In this document: piece by piece, positions 28,269 to 37,598 of the stretch | Position numbering within the stretch: position 1 is the first letter of the stretch | Layout: each line of letters opens with the position of its first letter | Source of the DNA: Thermoplasmatota archaeon | GTDB lineage: Archaea; Thermoplasmatota; E2; DHVEG-1; B18-G2 | Assembly: GCA_029259115.1 (NCBI GenBank) | Contig: JAPDJO010000035.1 | Location: 1,769 to 65,768 of the forward strand | Direction: 5' to 3' | Length of the DNA stretch: 64,000 nucleotides | Notes under the pieces: model-generated | Database searches by the model: none | What the model was told of the DNA's origin: nothing | The model's input: only the letters and a program-made list of their open reading frames with translations | Program-made: the position numbers and the translations under genes

Positions 28269-28744
28269 TTCCTTCTACCCTCCTTTGCTCTTGCAACAAA
28301 GGATAGGATCAGTACTACAGCAAAAAGACCCGCTATTACCTTTAAACCGACGCTTATGTTCATCAAAGGAAGCACACCACCAGTATTCATATCTCCAGGG
28401 TTGCTCCCAAATGGAGGTATTCTCCCAAATATGAAGTTTGATCCTGCTAGAAAGTTGTAGAAGAACGTTGTTGATAATCCGAGGAGAGCTAATGATATAA
28501 AGCTTAAAGCACCTACGCTTTCCAAAATAGACAAATGAGATTCTTTGATTTTTTTAGCGATCTCAGCAGAACCAAATGCTACGAGAAGGAGAACTATACC
28601 AGAAGCTGTGACCGCTCCGCCCTGAAAACCTCCTCCTGGAGTGAGGTGACCATGAACGATTATGTACAACCCATAAACAATTATGAATGGAAAGATTATA
28701 GATGCGATGGTCTTAACGATCTTTGATGGTTCATTCATGAGCAT
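28265..28744 (-). CDS. mbhF: MbhF (MrpB-like)
   Basis: 159-aa membrane protein with an MnhB-like GGGFQGG motif. Operon position agrees. Confidence 0.7.
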   Translation of the reverse strand: MLMNEPSKIVKTIASIIFPFIIVYGLYIIVHGHLTPGGGFQGGAVTASGIVLLLVAFGSAEIAKKIKESHLSILESVGALSFISLALLGLSTTFFYNFLAGSNFIFGRIPPFGSNPGDMNTGGVLPLMNISVGLKVIAGLFAVVLILSFVARAKEGRRK

Positions 28745-29000
28745 ACCTCCTTAACACAAGTAAAACTCCAGCAACTGCAGTAAACAAAACCGTAGCCTCT
28801 CCAAGGGTATCAAATCCTCTATAATCAAAAACCACTGAGGTTACTGCATTGTTTGCCCCAGTCTCATTCTGGGCATTTTCTATTATGTAATCGTCCATCT
28901 CCGTAGACCTAGGTTCTCCAAACGGTCTTAATGTCAAAGCTGTTGAAACCAATATACATGAGAAGATGATAAAGACTATCAGAGCCACTTTCTTGTTCAT
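28731..29000 (-). CDS. mbhE: MbhE (small membrane subunit)
   Basis: 89 aa with TM helices. Assigned from operon position. Confidence 0.6.
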   Translation of the reverse strand: MNKKVALIVFIIFSCILVSTALTLRPFGEPRSTEMDDYIIENAQNETGANNAVTSVVFDYRGFDTLGEATVLFTAVAGVLLVLRRYAHE

Positions 29001-29245
29001 CTTCCCTCCTCCATCCTCCTTGTGGCTTTAATTGCAAATATCAAGATGGCTGTTGTTAAACATGCTCCCACTCCAGCTTCAGCTATAGCAACATCTGGAG
29101 CTTGCAGAATGTAAAATTCCAAGGATAGAATCAAACTCATAGCAGCTAGAGCAATAGTAGCGGAAAGCAAGTCTTTGAAGTATATGGCAAAAACTGAAGT
29201 AACTATCAGAAGTACGGGAAGTACGATATGAATTATCTCTATCAT
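28997..29245 (-). CDS. mbhD: MbhD (small membrane subunit)
   Basis: 82 aa with TM helices. Assigned from operon position. Confidence 0.6.
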   Translation of the reverse strand: MIEIIHIVLPVLLIVTSVFAIYFKDLLSATIALAAMSLILSLEFYILQAPDVAIAEAGVGACLTTAILIFAIKATRRMEEGR

Positions 29246-29613
29246 TTCTTCTCCTCCTTTTCTCTCTCCTCTTTTAAGTCATCAACAACCGCTTTAACAG
29301 GCATTACGCCACTCTTATGAGCAGCCCTAGCAATAGCATGTGCTCCGGTTGGATTCGTCACTAATATGGCTATAAGTGCAATGAAAACGTGTACAGGAAG
29401 AACAGGTGAAGAAACTGAAGGATTGAGGTACCACTCTTTTAGACCATATATTATGATCGCACCAGAGAGAAATATAGACCCAAATGTTGTGCATTTCGTG
29501 CCTCCATGCAATCTGGTGTAAACATCTGGGAACCTGATTAAAGCTATAGATGCCAAAAGATTAAAAATTAAACCGATCGCCAGGAATATGTAAATTATAG
29601 CCGTCACTATCAC
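29242..29613 (-). CDS. mbhC: MbhC (MrpG/MnhG-like)
   Basis: 123 aa. The MnhG-like N-terminal region includes RFPDVYTRLH. Confidence 0.7.
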   Translation of the reverse strand: MIVTAIIYIFLAIGLIFNLLASIALIRFPDVYTRLHGGTKCTTFGSIFLSGAIIIYGLKEWYLNPSVSSPVLPVHVFIALIAILVTNPTGAHAIARAAHKSGVMPVKAVVDDLKEEREKEEKK

Positions 29614-29870
29614 ATTCTCCCTCCTTCAAGATATTTTGCTATGAGTATGGTTGTAACAAACGATAGGAGTGCATAGACTATGGCTACATCGATGTAGATG
29701 ATCTCCTGGTATGCCGCCCCAAGCAGGAGCATACCAACGATCACGAGAGTATTGATTGTATCGAGACCAACCACCCTGTCAGGAACAGTCGGACCTAAAA
29801 TTAACCTTACAGAAGCTAAGAGTATGCATATCAGAATAATTACTGCAGATGTCACAAATTCTACAATCAT
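29610..29870 (-). CDS. mbhB: MbhB (MrpF/MnhF-like)
   Basis: Small three-TM protein with the MnhF-like motif GPTVPDRVVGLDT. The likely start MIVEFV at 29870 lies just after the mbhA stop. Confidence 0.7.
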   Translation of the reverse strand: MIVEFVTSAVIILICILLASVRLILGPTVPDRVVGLDTINTLVIVGMLLLGAAYQEIIYIDVAIVYALLSFVTTILIAKYLEGGRM

Positions 29871-30385
29871 TCCGCAATCCTCCTTATCCAATCCGGAAAC
29901 TTACCACAGACATATTCATAGGGTCTGGGTTTCTTCTTCAATGCCTCATCTTTAACATTTATCCAGTGCACATAAAGTTCATTTGTATCCTCGTCTATGT
30001 CTACGCTTAACGTTCCAGGAGTTAGTGTTATCGAATTTGCAAGCATAGTTATTCCCAAATCTGTTTTCAGATTGGGTGAAATCTTAACTATTCCTGGTCT
30101 TATCTTACCAGTTATAACCCTGTACGCAACATCCAGGTTTGCCTTTGCCATGGATGCAAAGAAAGGACCTATGAGATAAACTATAGCTAATATCCATCTC
30201 TTTGGGTTTAACATTCTCAAGTTCTTTTTCACAAAGATGTTTCTAGAGATATAGCCAGCAATCGCAGCTATGATTATTCCAAATATGATCTCTTCAATGC
30301 TCCAAAATCCTGTCTCGCCACTGCCTGCAGTTAAAACGAGGTATGCTATGAAGCATACAATCATCGTTACTACAAATGCTATCAT
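29867..30385 (-). CDS. mbhA: MbhA (MrpE/MnhE-like)
   Basis: 172 aa with N-terminal TM helices and a MnhE-like domain. This is the first gene of the 14-gene operon. Confidence 0.7.
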   Translation of the reverse strand: MIAFVVTMIVCFIAYLVLTAGSGETGFWSIEEIIFGIIIAAIAGYISRNIFVKKNLRMLNPKRWILAIVYLIGPFFASMAKANLDVAYRVITGKIRPGIVKISPNLKTDLGITMLANSITLTPGTLSVDIDEDTNELYVHWINVKDEALKKKPRPYEYVCGKFPDWIRRIAE

Positions 30386-30452
30386 GTCCCTAACCTCGCC
30401 CGTGTGTTGAAATGGGAGAATCTTTTAAAACTTTACCATCTAATTCGATTTG

Positions 30453-31124
30453 ATGAAAGAGGAAATATCATTTTACAACTATGCAGCCATAGTTAAGAAT
30501 CTCAGAGGAGTTATCTATTGGAAAGGTAAAGGGGACTTGGAATGGCTTCTCTCAAGATTCAGATATCGATATCTTGGTGTTCCTCCCTCGTTAGAAAGAA
30601 TTATTCTAAAAAGGAAGAACCTTGTTCTGTTAACGTATCCGAACAATATTATTTTGAAAGTTAAGGAGCTATTTTCTAGAGTTTTAATAGAAGAAATTGC
30701 TGAAGTATTATGCCTGGCATCAACATACATAAGCCCAGTGATGACTGATGATATGGATGATTTTAGGGATTTAATCGTAGCAGAGGTTAAGACAACAAAG
30801 GAGTTAACAGATAAAGACTGGAAATTGCATATGAGGATAGCAGATTACACGGTCTTGGATTTCTACACTTGGTCTACAAATAATGCCAAAGAAGCTATAG
30901 AGAGTGGGAATGTGGAAGAGTTTTTACAGGAAAGGAAAGAAAAGATAGAAAAGGACATAAGAAGATATTGGAGGATAGTGGAAGATGAAGGTAGAGCTTT
31001 TCTCGCTTATGTGGATCCTCTCGCAATTCTACGTAAGTATAACCTAGTAGAGGAATTTAAATCCCTCGGAAAAGATGCTTTTGCTACAATGGGAATATTA
31101 CCTGTAATTTTCATACATTTTTAG
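30453..31124 (+). CDS. Hypothetical protein
   Basis: 223-aa ORF with coding-like composition, divergent from mbhA. I recognised no family. Confidence 0.45.
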   Translation: MKEEISFYNYAAIVKNLRGVIYWKGKGDLEWLLSRFRYRYLGVPPSLERIILKRKNLVLLTYPNNIILKVKELFSRVLIEEIAEVLCLASTYISPVMTDDMDDFRDLIVAEVKTTKELTDKDWKLHMRIADYTVLDFYTWSTNNAKEAIESGNVEEFLQERKEKIEKDIRRYWRIVEDEGRAFLAYVDPLAILRKYNLVEEFKSLGKDAFATMGILPVIFIHF

Positions 31125-31161
31125 CAAACGTAATAAGCATTTAGACCATACGAATCGCTAG

Positions 31162-31824
31162 ATGGAGGTTAAACTGATATCATACACTCCAAATCCTGAA
31201 AGAGTATGTGCAATAGCTGCAGCATTAACTCATAGTAAGAAAAAACCTGATGAAATAGAAAAGATGAAAGATGAAGATTTATTGAAAATATTATCTCATG
31301 TTATTGAGTTGGGACATACGAGTGTTGTAGAACATGCAAGTTTTACATTTGCTATATCTGGAGTGAGTAGAGCGCTAACCCATCAGCTGGTTAGGCATAG
31401 AATAGCAAGTTACTCTCAGCAGAGCCAAAGATATGTCAGATTTGATGATATCAGCTACGTTGTGCCGCCTTCGATAGAGAATAATGAGAATCTCAGAATT
31501 GAATACGAAAAATTCATGGAAAAGGCATGGAATGAATACAAATCCCTCCTCTCTAGAGGGATACCTGAAGAGGATGCTCGATATGTTTTGCCAAATGCAG
31601 CGAAAACCAACATAATAGTAACGATGAATGCGAGATCTCTGTTGCATTTCTTTGAGCTTAGGTGTTGCATGCATGCTCAGTGGGAGATAAGGGAATTAGC
31701 TTGGAGAATGCTAAGGGAGGTTAGAAAGGTTGCACCGACAATATTTAAAAAGGCTGGTCCTCCATGTAAGACTAGAGGAGAATGTCCGGAAAAGAAAAAG
31801 GATTGTCCTTGGTATCCAAAGTGA
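31162..31824 (+). CDS. thyX: Flavin-dependent thymidylate synthase ThyX
   Basis: ThyX signature RHRIASYSQQSQRY (RHRxxSxxxxSxR). 220 aa. Confidence 0.9.
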   Translation: MEVKLISYTPNPERVCAIAAALTHSKKKPDEIEKMKDEDLLKILSHVIELGHTSVVEHASFTFAISGVSRALTHQLVRHRIASYSQQSQRYVRFDDISYVVPPSIENNENLRIEYEKFMEKAWNEYKSLLSRGIPEEDARYVLPNAAKTNIIVTMNARSLLHFFELRCCMHAQWEIRELAWRMLREVRKVAPTIFKKAGPPCKTRGECPEKKKDCPWYPK

Positions 31825-31829
31825 GGAGA

Positions 31830-32477
31830 ATGGAAAGACCCTATATCATAATAAACTGTGCAGCATCGGCTGATGGAAAGATAGCTTTGCCTGATAAGAG
31901 ACAGTTAAGAATATCCTCAGAAGAGGATTTTATAAGGGTTCAGAACTTGAGAGAGAAATGTGATGCTGTTTTGGTTGGAATTGGTACAATCCTTACAGAT
32001 GATCCAAAGCTCAACGTTAAATATGATAGCAAAAGGCAGCCAGCCAAAGTTGTGCTTGATAGATATTTCAAAACACCACCTAACGCTAAAATCTTCGAGG
32101 GAGGATCCAAGGTTTATATAATGGTTGGCCCCGATGTAGAAAGAGAAATTAGAAAAGATAATTTGGAGTTGATAAGATGTAAACTTGATGAAAATGGATT
32201 AATAGATTTGGAGTTTGCCCTTAAAGAGCTCAAGATGAGAGGGATAAACTCTCTTCTCGTAGAGGGTGGGGGGACTGTAATATGGAATTTTTTGAAGAAA
32301 AGGTTATTCGATGAGTTTTATGTCTACATTGCACCAATCGTTATAGGTGGAATCTCTACACCAACCATAGCTGATGGTGAAGGGGTTAGAAGGGAAGAAG
32401 AGATCATCATGCTGAAAATCGATAAGATAGAGAAGGTTGGTGAAGGAATTCTGATAAAATATCTACCAGGATTATGA
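31830..32477 (+). CDS. RibD C-terminal domain reductase (2,5-diamino-6-ribosylamino-4(3H)-pyrimidinone 5'-phosphate reductase-like)
   Basis: The N-terminus MERPYIIINCAASADGKIAL and the motif LLVEGGGTV are typical of the archaeal RibD_C/DHFR-fold reductase. The start at 31830 follows the thyX stop. Confidence 0.65.
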   Translation: MERPYIIINCAASADGKIALPDKRQLRISSEEDFIRVQNLREKCDAVLVGIGTILTDDPKLNVKYDSKRQPAKVVLDRYFKTPPNAKIFEGGSKVYIMVGPDVEREIRKDNLELIRCKLDENGLIDLEFALKELKMRGINSLLVEGGGTVIWNFLKKRLFDEFYVYIAPIVIGGISTPTIADGEGVRREEEIIMLKIDKIEKVGEGILIKYLPGL

Positions 32478-32929
32478 GATTTCTCTGCGACCAGATGTTG
32501 GGAACGCTTGCCAAATGGTTGCGTATCTTGGGATATGATGTTTATTTTGCGAATAATTTGGAAGATGATGAAGATATCCTGAGGAGGGCGGAAGAAGAGG
32601 AGAGGGTAATAATAACGAGGGATAAGTATCTAGTAATGAGGGCAAAAAGAAGGAGGATAAAGGTTATTGAAATAGAGAGTAAGGACTTGGATGAACAGCT
32701 AAAGATCGTGACCTCTTTCTTTCCAATAGATAGAGATGCAGTCCTTTCTCGATGTTCTATCTGCAACTCCTTACTCGTTGAGATTGATAAAAATGAAGTG
32801 AAAGGAAAGGTTCCTGATAGAGTATACGAAATACATGATGAGTTTTGGTATTGTAAAAATTGTAAGAAGATATACTGGAAAGGGAGCCATTGGAACAAGA
32901 TGAAGGAAAAGATCGATAATCTAAGTTAG
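32474..32929 (+). CDS. Mut7-C RNase domain protein (DUF82: PIN-like fold plus zinc ribbon)
   Basis: The N-terminus FLCDQMLGTLAKWLRILGYDV is the family signature. C-terminal CSICNS...CKNCKK forms the zinc ribbon. The ATGA start overlaps the upstream gene. Confidence 0.7.
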   Translation: MRFLCDQMLGTLAKWLRILGYDVYFANNLEDDEDILRRAEEEERVIITRDKYLVMRAKRRRIKVIEIESKDLDEQLKIVTSFFPIDRDAVLSRCSICNSLLVEIDKNEVKGKVPDRVYEIHDEFWYCKNCKKIYWKGSHWNKMKEKIDNLS

Positions 32930-33225
32930 ATCATTTTTACCATCTGAGCATGAGGAATTCCTTGAATATACAAAACGCATTCTGGATCTACATATCCCAG
33001 TCTAATTGCACATTCAACCGTTCTCTTTCCAACCAAATTCGCTATTGTAGCCTCTTTGAGATAGGTTTCAAAGACTTTCTCGTCGACAAGCCTTCCTCCA
33101 TAGAAGGTTTTCTTGACGTGTAATCTGAATTTTCCCTCTCTCAATCTCTTTCCTAATAGCTCCTCATCGCATGCCCCTATAAGAATATCCTCGCCTTTTT
33201 TGTAAATCCTCATACTTATCTTCAT
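32926..33225 (-). CDS. DUF424-family conserved archaeal protein
   Basis: MKISMRIYKKGEDILIGACDEELLGK... resembles the DUF424 N-terminal pattern. The start is uncertain (33243, 33225 or 33213). Confidence 0.5.
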   Translation of the reverse strand: MKISMRIYKKGEDILIGACDEELLGKRLREGKFRLHVKKTFYGGRLVDEKVFETYLKEATIANLVGKRTVECAIRLGYVDPECVLYIQGIPHAQMVKMI

Positions 33226-33339
33226 CTTTCCAACTCTTCTCAAGATATACTTTGTAGCTTAAGATTAATATCTGTTTCGAATTTTTTACTTTTGCACAAC
33301 AGCTAGTCTTATCTAGTTCAATTTGATTCTCTGAACAGT

Positions 33340-34353
33340 ATGAAAGCGATGGTGCTGAAAAGGATTGCGAAAGTAGATGAAGAGCCTCTCGAGCTAGAAG
33401 ATCTTGATACTCCAACGCCGTCTGGTAAAGAGATACTGATAAAGATTTCTGCCTGTGGAGTTTGCCATACCGAGTTAGATGAGATTGAAGGTAGAAAAAT
33501 GCCAAAGTTACCTGTTATTCTGGGTCACGAGGTTATTGGCAGAGTGGAAAAGCTTGGAGACAAAGCAAAAAGATTCAGGATTGGAGAAAGAGTTGGTGTT
33601 GCTTGGATATATTCTGCATGCGGATCTTGTAAGTTCTGCAAAAGTGGAAGAGAAAACCTTTGCTACGATTTTAAAGCAACAGGCTGTGATGCAGATGGAG
33701 GTTATGCTGAATATATGATCATAAATGAAGATTTTGCATATCCCATACCAGATGTCTTTTCTGATCTGGAGGCGGCTCCTTTGATGTGTGCTGGAGCCAT
33801 AGGTTACAGAGCTCTGAGATTGACAGGTATGAAAGATGGAGATACTATTGGGTTATATGGATTTGGGGCATCTGCACACATCGTTATCCAAGTTGTAAAA
33901 TATCTGTATCCAAATTCCAAAGTTTTTGTGTTCACAAAAAGGAGGAATGATGAGCCTAGCAGGTTAGCAAAAGAATTGGGAGCGGACTGGGTTGGTGTTA
34001 CTGGAGATTCCTCTCCAGAGAAGTTGGATTGTGCCATAGATACGACGCCTGTCGGCATTCCCGTAAAGGAAGCTTTGAGAAATCTGGAGAGAGGTGGGAA
34101 GTTGATAATAAACGCAATAAGGAAAGAAACCAAGATTCCTGAGATTGAATATGCTGAATACCTATGGAATGAAAAAGAGATAAAGAGTGTTGCAAATATA
34201 ACTAGAAGAGATGTGGAAGAGTTTTTAGAGATAGCATCTCAGATTCCTATCAAGCCTGAAGTCAAAAAATTCAGCTTAGAGGAAGCAAATAAAGCTTTGA
34301 TTATGCTGAAGTATGGGAAGTATAGAGGTGCCGGGGTTCTAAAAATAGATTGA
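33340..34353 (+). CDS. adh: Zinc-dependent alcohol dehydrogenase (MDR family)
   Basis: Catalytic-zinc motifs GVCHTELD and GHEVIGRV, a structural-zinc Cys cluster (CGSCKFCKSGRENLC) and a Rossmann motif (GFGASAH). Confidence 0.85.
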   Translation: MKAMVLKRIAKVDEEPLELEDLDTPTPSGKEILIKISACGVCHTELDEIEGRKMPKLPVILGHEVIGRVEKLGDKAKRFRIGERVGVAWIYSACGSCKFCKSGRENLCYDFKATGCDADGGYAEYMIINEDFAYPIPDVFSDLEAAPLMCAGAIGYRALRLTGMKDGDTIGLYGFGASAHIVIQVVKYLYPNSKVFVFTKRRNDEPSRLAKELGADWVGVTGDSSPEKLDCAIDTTPVGIPVKEALRNLERGGKLIINAIRKETKIPEIEYAEYLWNEKEIKSVANITRRDVEEFLEIASQIPIKPEVKKFSLEEANKALIMLKYGKYRGAGVLKID

Positions 34354-34447
34354 AAAGCGGCGTATTGGTAAAGATACAACCCTGTTATATTTATATATAA
34401 CAACGCTTATATAAAAAATATTAGTAGACTGACTTAGTGGGATACGA

Positions 34448-36031
34448 ATGAAATTAATAGCATTTTCAGACTGGAGAATTCAGAGCATAGAAAAGTTGAT
34501 AGAATTTCTACAAAGATTGAATGAAAAACCAGATTACATAATCTATGCTGGTGATGATATTGCAAGATTTAACAAGGTGGGCGACAGAAGCAGGAAAGAC
34601 TCAGTCTCATCAATCATACACAGGGGTGAAGTTGACCGATATAAAAATTATTTTGAAGAAATCGCAAAATTCTCCGTCCATGGCTTACTAGTCGTATCTG
34701 GCAATGATGATCTGCCTTTTGTAAGATCTGCCATAAGAGGAAAGAATGTGTATAACCTTCACGGTCAAGTTGTAGTTAATGGAGACTATGCGTTTATTGG
34801 TCTGGAAGGATCTACCGAACCCCCCGGATTGCTCATCTACTCCGAAGAAGATGTTTGGTTATATCTAAATAGTATGTTAAAGGAAGTTCCTCCTGACAAG
34901 AAAATAATATTAGTCTCTCATACACCGCCGTACTCTTTACTCGATATCGGAATTAGATTCGGAATACGTCATATCGGTTCTAGATCTTTGAAAAGATTCT
35001 TGGATGAGAATGTGGAAAGGATAAAGATGGTAATATGCGGACATGTTCATTCTCAGGGAGGAAAAACTGTCAAATATAAGAATTGCTTAGTGGTGAATTG
35101 TGCTAGTCACGATAATGAGGGGGAGCTTGGAAAATTAGCAATCATTAAGGTTGATAAGAAAGTAAGTGTAGAATGGTCATACATATACGACGAGAGATGT
35201 GAAAAGTTAAAAGAGATAAGGGAACTTAAAAGCATACCATTGGTAGGATTTTCTCGAGCGAAGATATTAATAAAAAATGGCATCACAAATGTGTTCCAAG
35301 TTGCAAATCTAGATGACTCCCATAGCTTGGCTAGACATCCTTCCTTCGAAGGGAGTTTTGAATTGATAGTGAGATATGCTAGAGCTAAAGTACTAGGGAA
35401 GCCAATAATTATCGGTAAGCATCCATTCTTTAGAAATATAGATAGCAGGAACGTCTATTTCTTTGATGCAGAATACAATTCGGCTGGAACGAAGGAAGGA
35501 TCTTATGGTATATTCTTATTAGGTCTGATGAATTCGGAAGGGGAAATCCGACAGATTTTCCTTGATGATCCAAAATATGAAAAGCTTCTACTGGAAGGGT
35601 TCTTAGAATGGGTGCAGAAGGAGAGGCCTATTCTTATATCGTACTCGTCTAAGAGTGCAGATAAACCTCAGCTAATCAACAGCCTTAAGAGGTTTAATTT
35701 ACCAACTCATACGATAGAAAATATATTTTTTGATTTATTTTATGATTGCCTTTTCACTCAGAAAAGAGATAAACAATACATATTTTTACCAGTAGAAGGG
35801 GATATGAGTCTAAAAAGCGTAGCCGATTATTTTGGCTATAAAAGACCTGATCTCGAAATAAAAGATGGATTCCAGGCGTTAATAACTTACAATGAATATC
35901 TATTCGCAAGCGATGAAAGATATAAAAAGAAATTGAAGGAAAATTTGTTGGAATACAATAGGGTGGATTTGGATATGGTAAGATACGTTTTTAGTAAGAT
36001 CAAAACATTATTTGATAACTATAAAAGTTGA
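34448..36031 (+). CDS. Fusion protein: calcineurin-like metallophosphoesterase + HhH-like segment + RNase-H-fold (PolB-exonuclease-related, YprB-like) domain
   Basis: - Metallophosphoesterase motifs: FSDWR, AGDD, SGNDD, VSHTPP, CGHVH.
- HhH-like segment: IPLVGFSRAKILIKNGITNV.
- C-terminal acidic motifs in exonuclease-like spacing: VYFFDAEY, SKSADKPQL, EYNRVDLDMV.

527 aa. Confidence 0.55.
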   Translation: MKLIAFSDWRIQSIEKLIEFLQRLNEKPDYIIYAGDDIARFNKVGDRSRKDSVSSIIHRGEVDRYKNYFEEIAKFSVHGLLVVSGNDDLPFVRSAIRGKNVYNLHGQVVVNGDYAFIGLEGSTEPPGLLIYSEEDVWLYLNSMLKEVPPDKKIILVSHTPPYSLLDIGIRFGIRHIGSRSLKRFLDENVERIKMVICGHVHSQGGKTVKYKNCLVVNCASHDNEGELGKLAIIKVDKKVSVEWSYIYDERCEKLKEIRELKSIPLVGFSRAKILIKNGITNVFQVANLDDSHSLARHPSFEGSFELIVRYARAKVLGKPIIIGKHPFFRNIDSRNVYFFDAEYNSAGTKEGSYGIFLLGLMNSEGEIRQIFLDDPKYEKLLLEGFLEWVQKERPILISYSSKSADKPQLINSLKRFNLPTHTIENIFFDLFYDCLFTQKRDKQYIFLPVEGDMSLKSVADYFGYKRPDLEIKDGFQALITYNEYLFASDERYKKKLKENLLEYNRVDLDMVRYVFSKIKTLFDNYKS

Positions 36032-36083
36032 ACCACAACACTAAAATTCGGCTTAGACATACTCCTTCTCTGCTCTCAATGTG

Positions 36084-37598
36084 ATGGGGATGAAAGAGAT
36101 AGTCAAGTTGTTTTCAGAGAAGGGTATACTAATTGATCCAGAAGCACTGGATTATATTTCATCAAAGGATGATCCATTATCTTTTGCACAGGATGTGATA
36201 TCAAAACTGTCTGAGTCTTCTTTGGTTTTAACTCTAGAAGAGATAAAGAAAATGGAAAGCCCAGAGGAGGAAAATATCGAAGAGGAAGAAGGATTAGGGA
36301 CAAAAATATTCGAGAAAGTTCCTGTTGGAACAGGAGAAAAAGTTTTAGCTAAAGAGTATGAGTCTGAAGTGAAGATAATAAAAGATGTGACTGGAAATGT
36401 AACATGTAAAGGGGAAGTCGACGATTTCACGAAACTTTTCAACAGCAGATATAACAAGATAAAGAAGATATTCCATTCACAGAGGAGAGGATTAAGAAAT
36501 TCTATACCCATAAAAAAGATCAAAAGCGGAAAAATAAAGGAAGCACAAATTATAGGGATAGTTAAGGACATTAGAACAACTCAAAAAGGTTATAGAATTG
36601 TTGAAATAGAAGATGAGGAAGATTCCATAACTGTTCTAATTCCAAAGGATGATCCTCGTTTGTATCAGCAAGCTCAAGAGATCGTGTATGATGAGGTTAT
36701 AAGCGTTAGAGTAACATCTGGTAGAAATGGCCTATTTATTGCACAAAGTGTATCATATCCAGATATCAGCGTTAATCACAAAAAGAAAAAATCTGAAGTT
36801 CCTGTTTATGTTGCTTTTCTTTCAGACACGCATATTGGAAGTAAAAAATTCTTGAGAGATCACTGGGATAGACTGATAAAATGGCTAAATGGTGAAATAG
36901 GGAATTCCAGACAAAGGGACGTTGCAAGGAAGATAAAATACATTGTGATACCTGGAGATACTGTCGATGGTGTGGGTGTATATCCAAATCAGGACAAGGA
37001 ATTAGAAATATCTGATATCTACAAGCAGTACCAGATCCTCTCTGAAGAACTTCAAAAGATACCAGACCATATAACCGTGATCATTCAACCAGGAAATCAC
37101 GATGCTGTGAGACCTGCTGAACCTCAACCTGCTCTCGAAAAAGAGATTCAAGATCTATTTTCTGGCAAGGAATTCATATTTGTTGGAAATCCTTGCTACT
37201 TCTCTATCCATGGTGTAGAGATTTTATCTTATCACGGCCAAAGCCTGCTAGATTTCTCAACGAGTATACCTACTTTAAAATACAACCAACCCATTGACAT
37301 AATGAAGGTATCTCTCAGAAAAAGACATCTAGCCCCGATATATGGAGGACATACTCCGATAGCGCCGGAACACGAGGACTTTATGGTAATAGAAAGGATT
37401 CCTGATATATTTGTTACTGGTCATGTCCATCTATCATCAGTAGGAGAGTACAGAGGTGTAACCTTGATCAACGCCTCCGCCTGGCAGGCGCAGACCAGTT
37501 ACCAGAAGATGCTTAACTTTGTACCAGATCCTGCCAAATTACCGATAGTTGATCTCAAAACAGGAAATACAACATCTATGGATTTCAACGTGGTTTAG
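36084..37598 (+). CDS. DNA polymerase II (PolD) small subunit DP1
   Basis: Mre11-like phosphoesterase motifs FLSDTHIGS, IPGDTVDGVG, GNHDA and GHVH, with an OB-fold region preceding them. The typical DP1 N-terminal helical domain is present. ATG at 36084; the tracked start is GTG 36081. Confidence 0.9.
   Translation: MGMKEIVKLFSEKGILIDPEALDYISSKDDPLSFAQDVISKLSESSLVLTLEEIKKMESPEEENIEEEEGLGTKIFEKVPVGTGEKVLAKEYESEVKIIKDVTGNVTCKGEVDDFTKLFNSRYNKIKKIFHSQRRGLRNSIPIKKIKSGKIKEAQIIGIVKDIRTTQKGYRIVEIEDEEDSITVLIPKDDPRLYQQAQEIVYDEVISVRVTSGRNGLFIAQSVSYPDISVNHKKKKSEVPVYVAFLSDTHIGSKKFLRDHWDRLIKWLNGEIGNSRQRDVARKIKYIVIPGDTVDGVGVYPNQDKELEISDIYKQYQILSEELQKIPDHITVIIQPGNHDAVRPAEPQPALEKEIQDLFSGKEFIFVGNPCYFSIHGVEILSYHGQSLLDFSTSIPTLKYNQPIDIMKVSLRKRHLAPIYGGHTPIAPEHEDFMVIERIPDIFVTGHVHLSSVGEYRGVTLINASAWQAQTSYQKMLNFVPDPAKLPIVDLKTGNTTSMDFNVV

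Noticed and set aside
30386-30452. SurR-like GTTn3AAC site in the mbhA promoter region (GTTTTAAAAG on the minus strand).
   Set aside because: It does not match the GTTn3AAC consensus, and it coincides with the TATA box itself.
33164-33505. 113-aa minus-strand ORF spanning the DUF424/adh intergenic region.
   Set aside because: It overlaps the 5' ends of two better-supported genes and has no motifs or coding-like composition.
34354-34447. Possible replication origin. This AT-rich spacer has the near-palindrome GTTATATTTATATATAAC and an AGTGGGA element, and it lies upstream of the PolD cluster.
   Set aside because: The spacer is only about 94 bp, with no repeated ORB or mini-ORB boxes and no adjacent orc1/cdc6. 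It is more simply a strong TATA-rich promoter.
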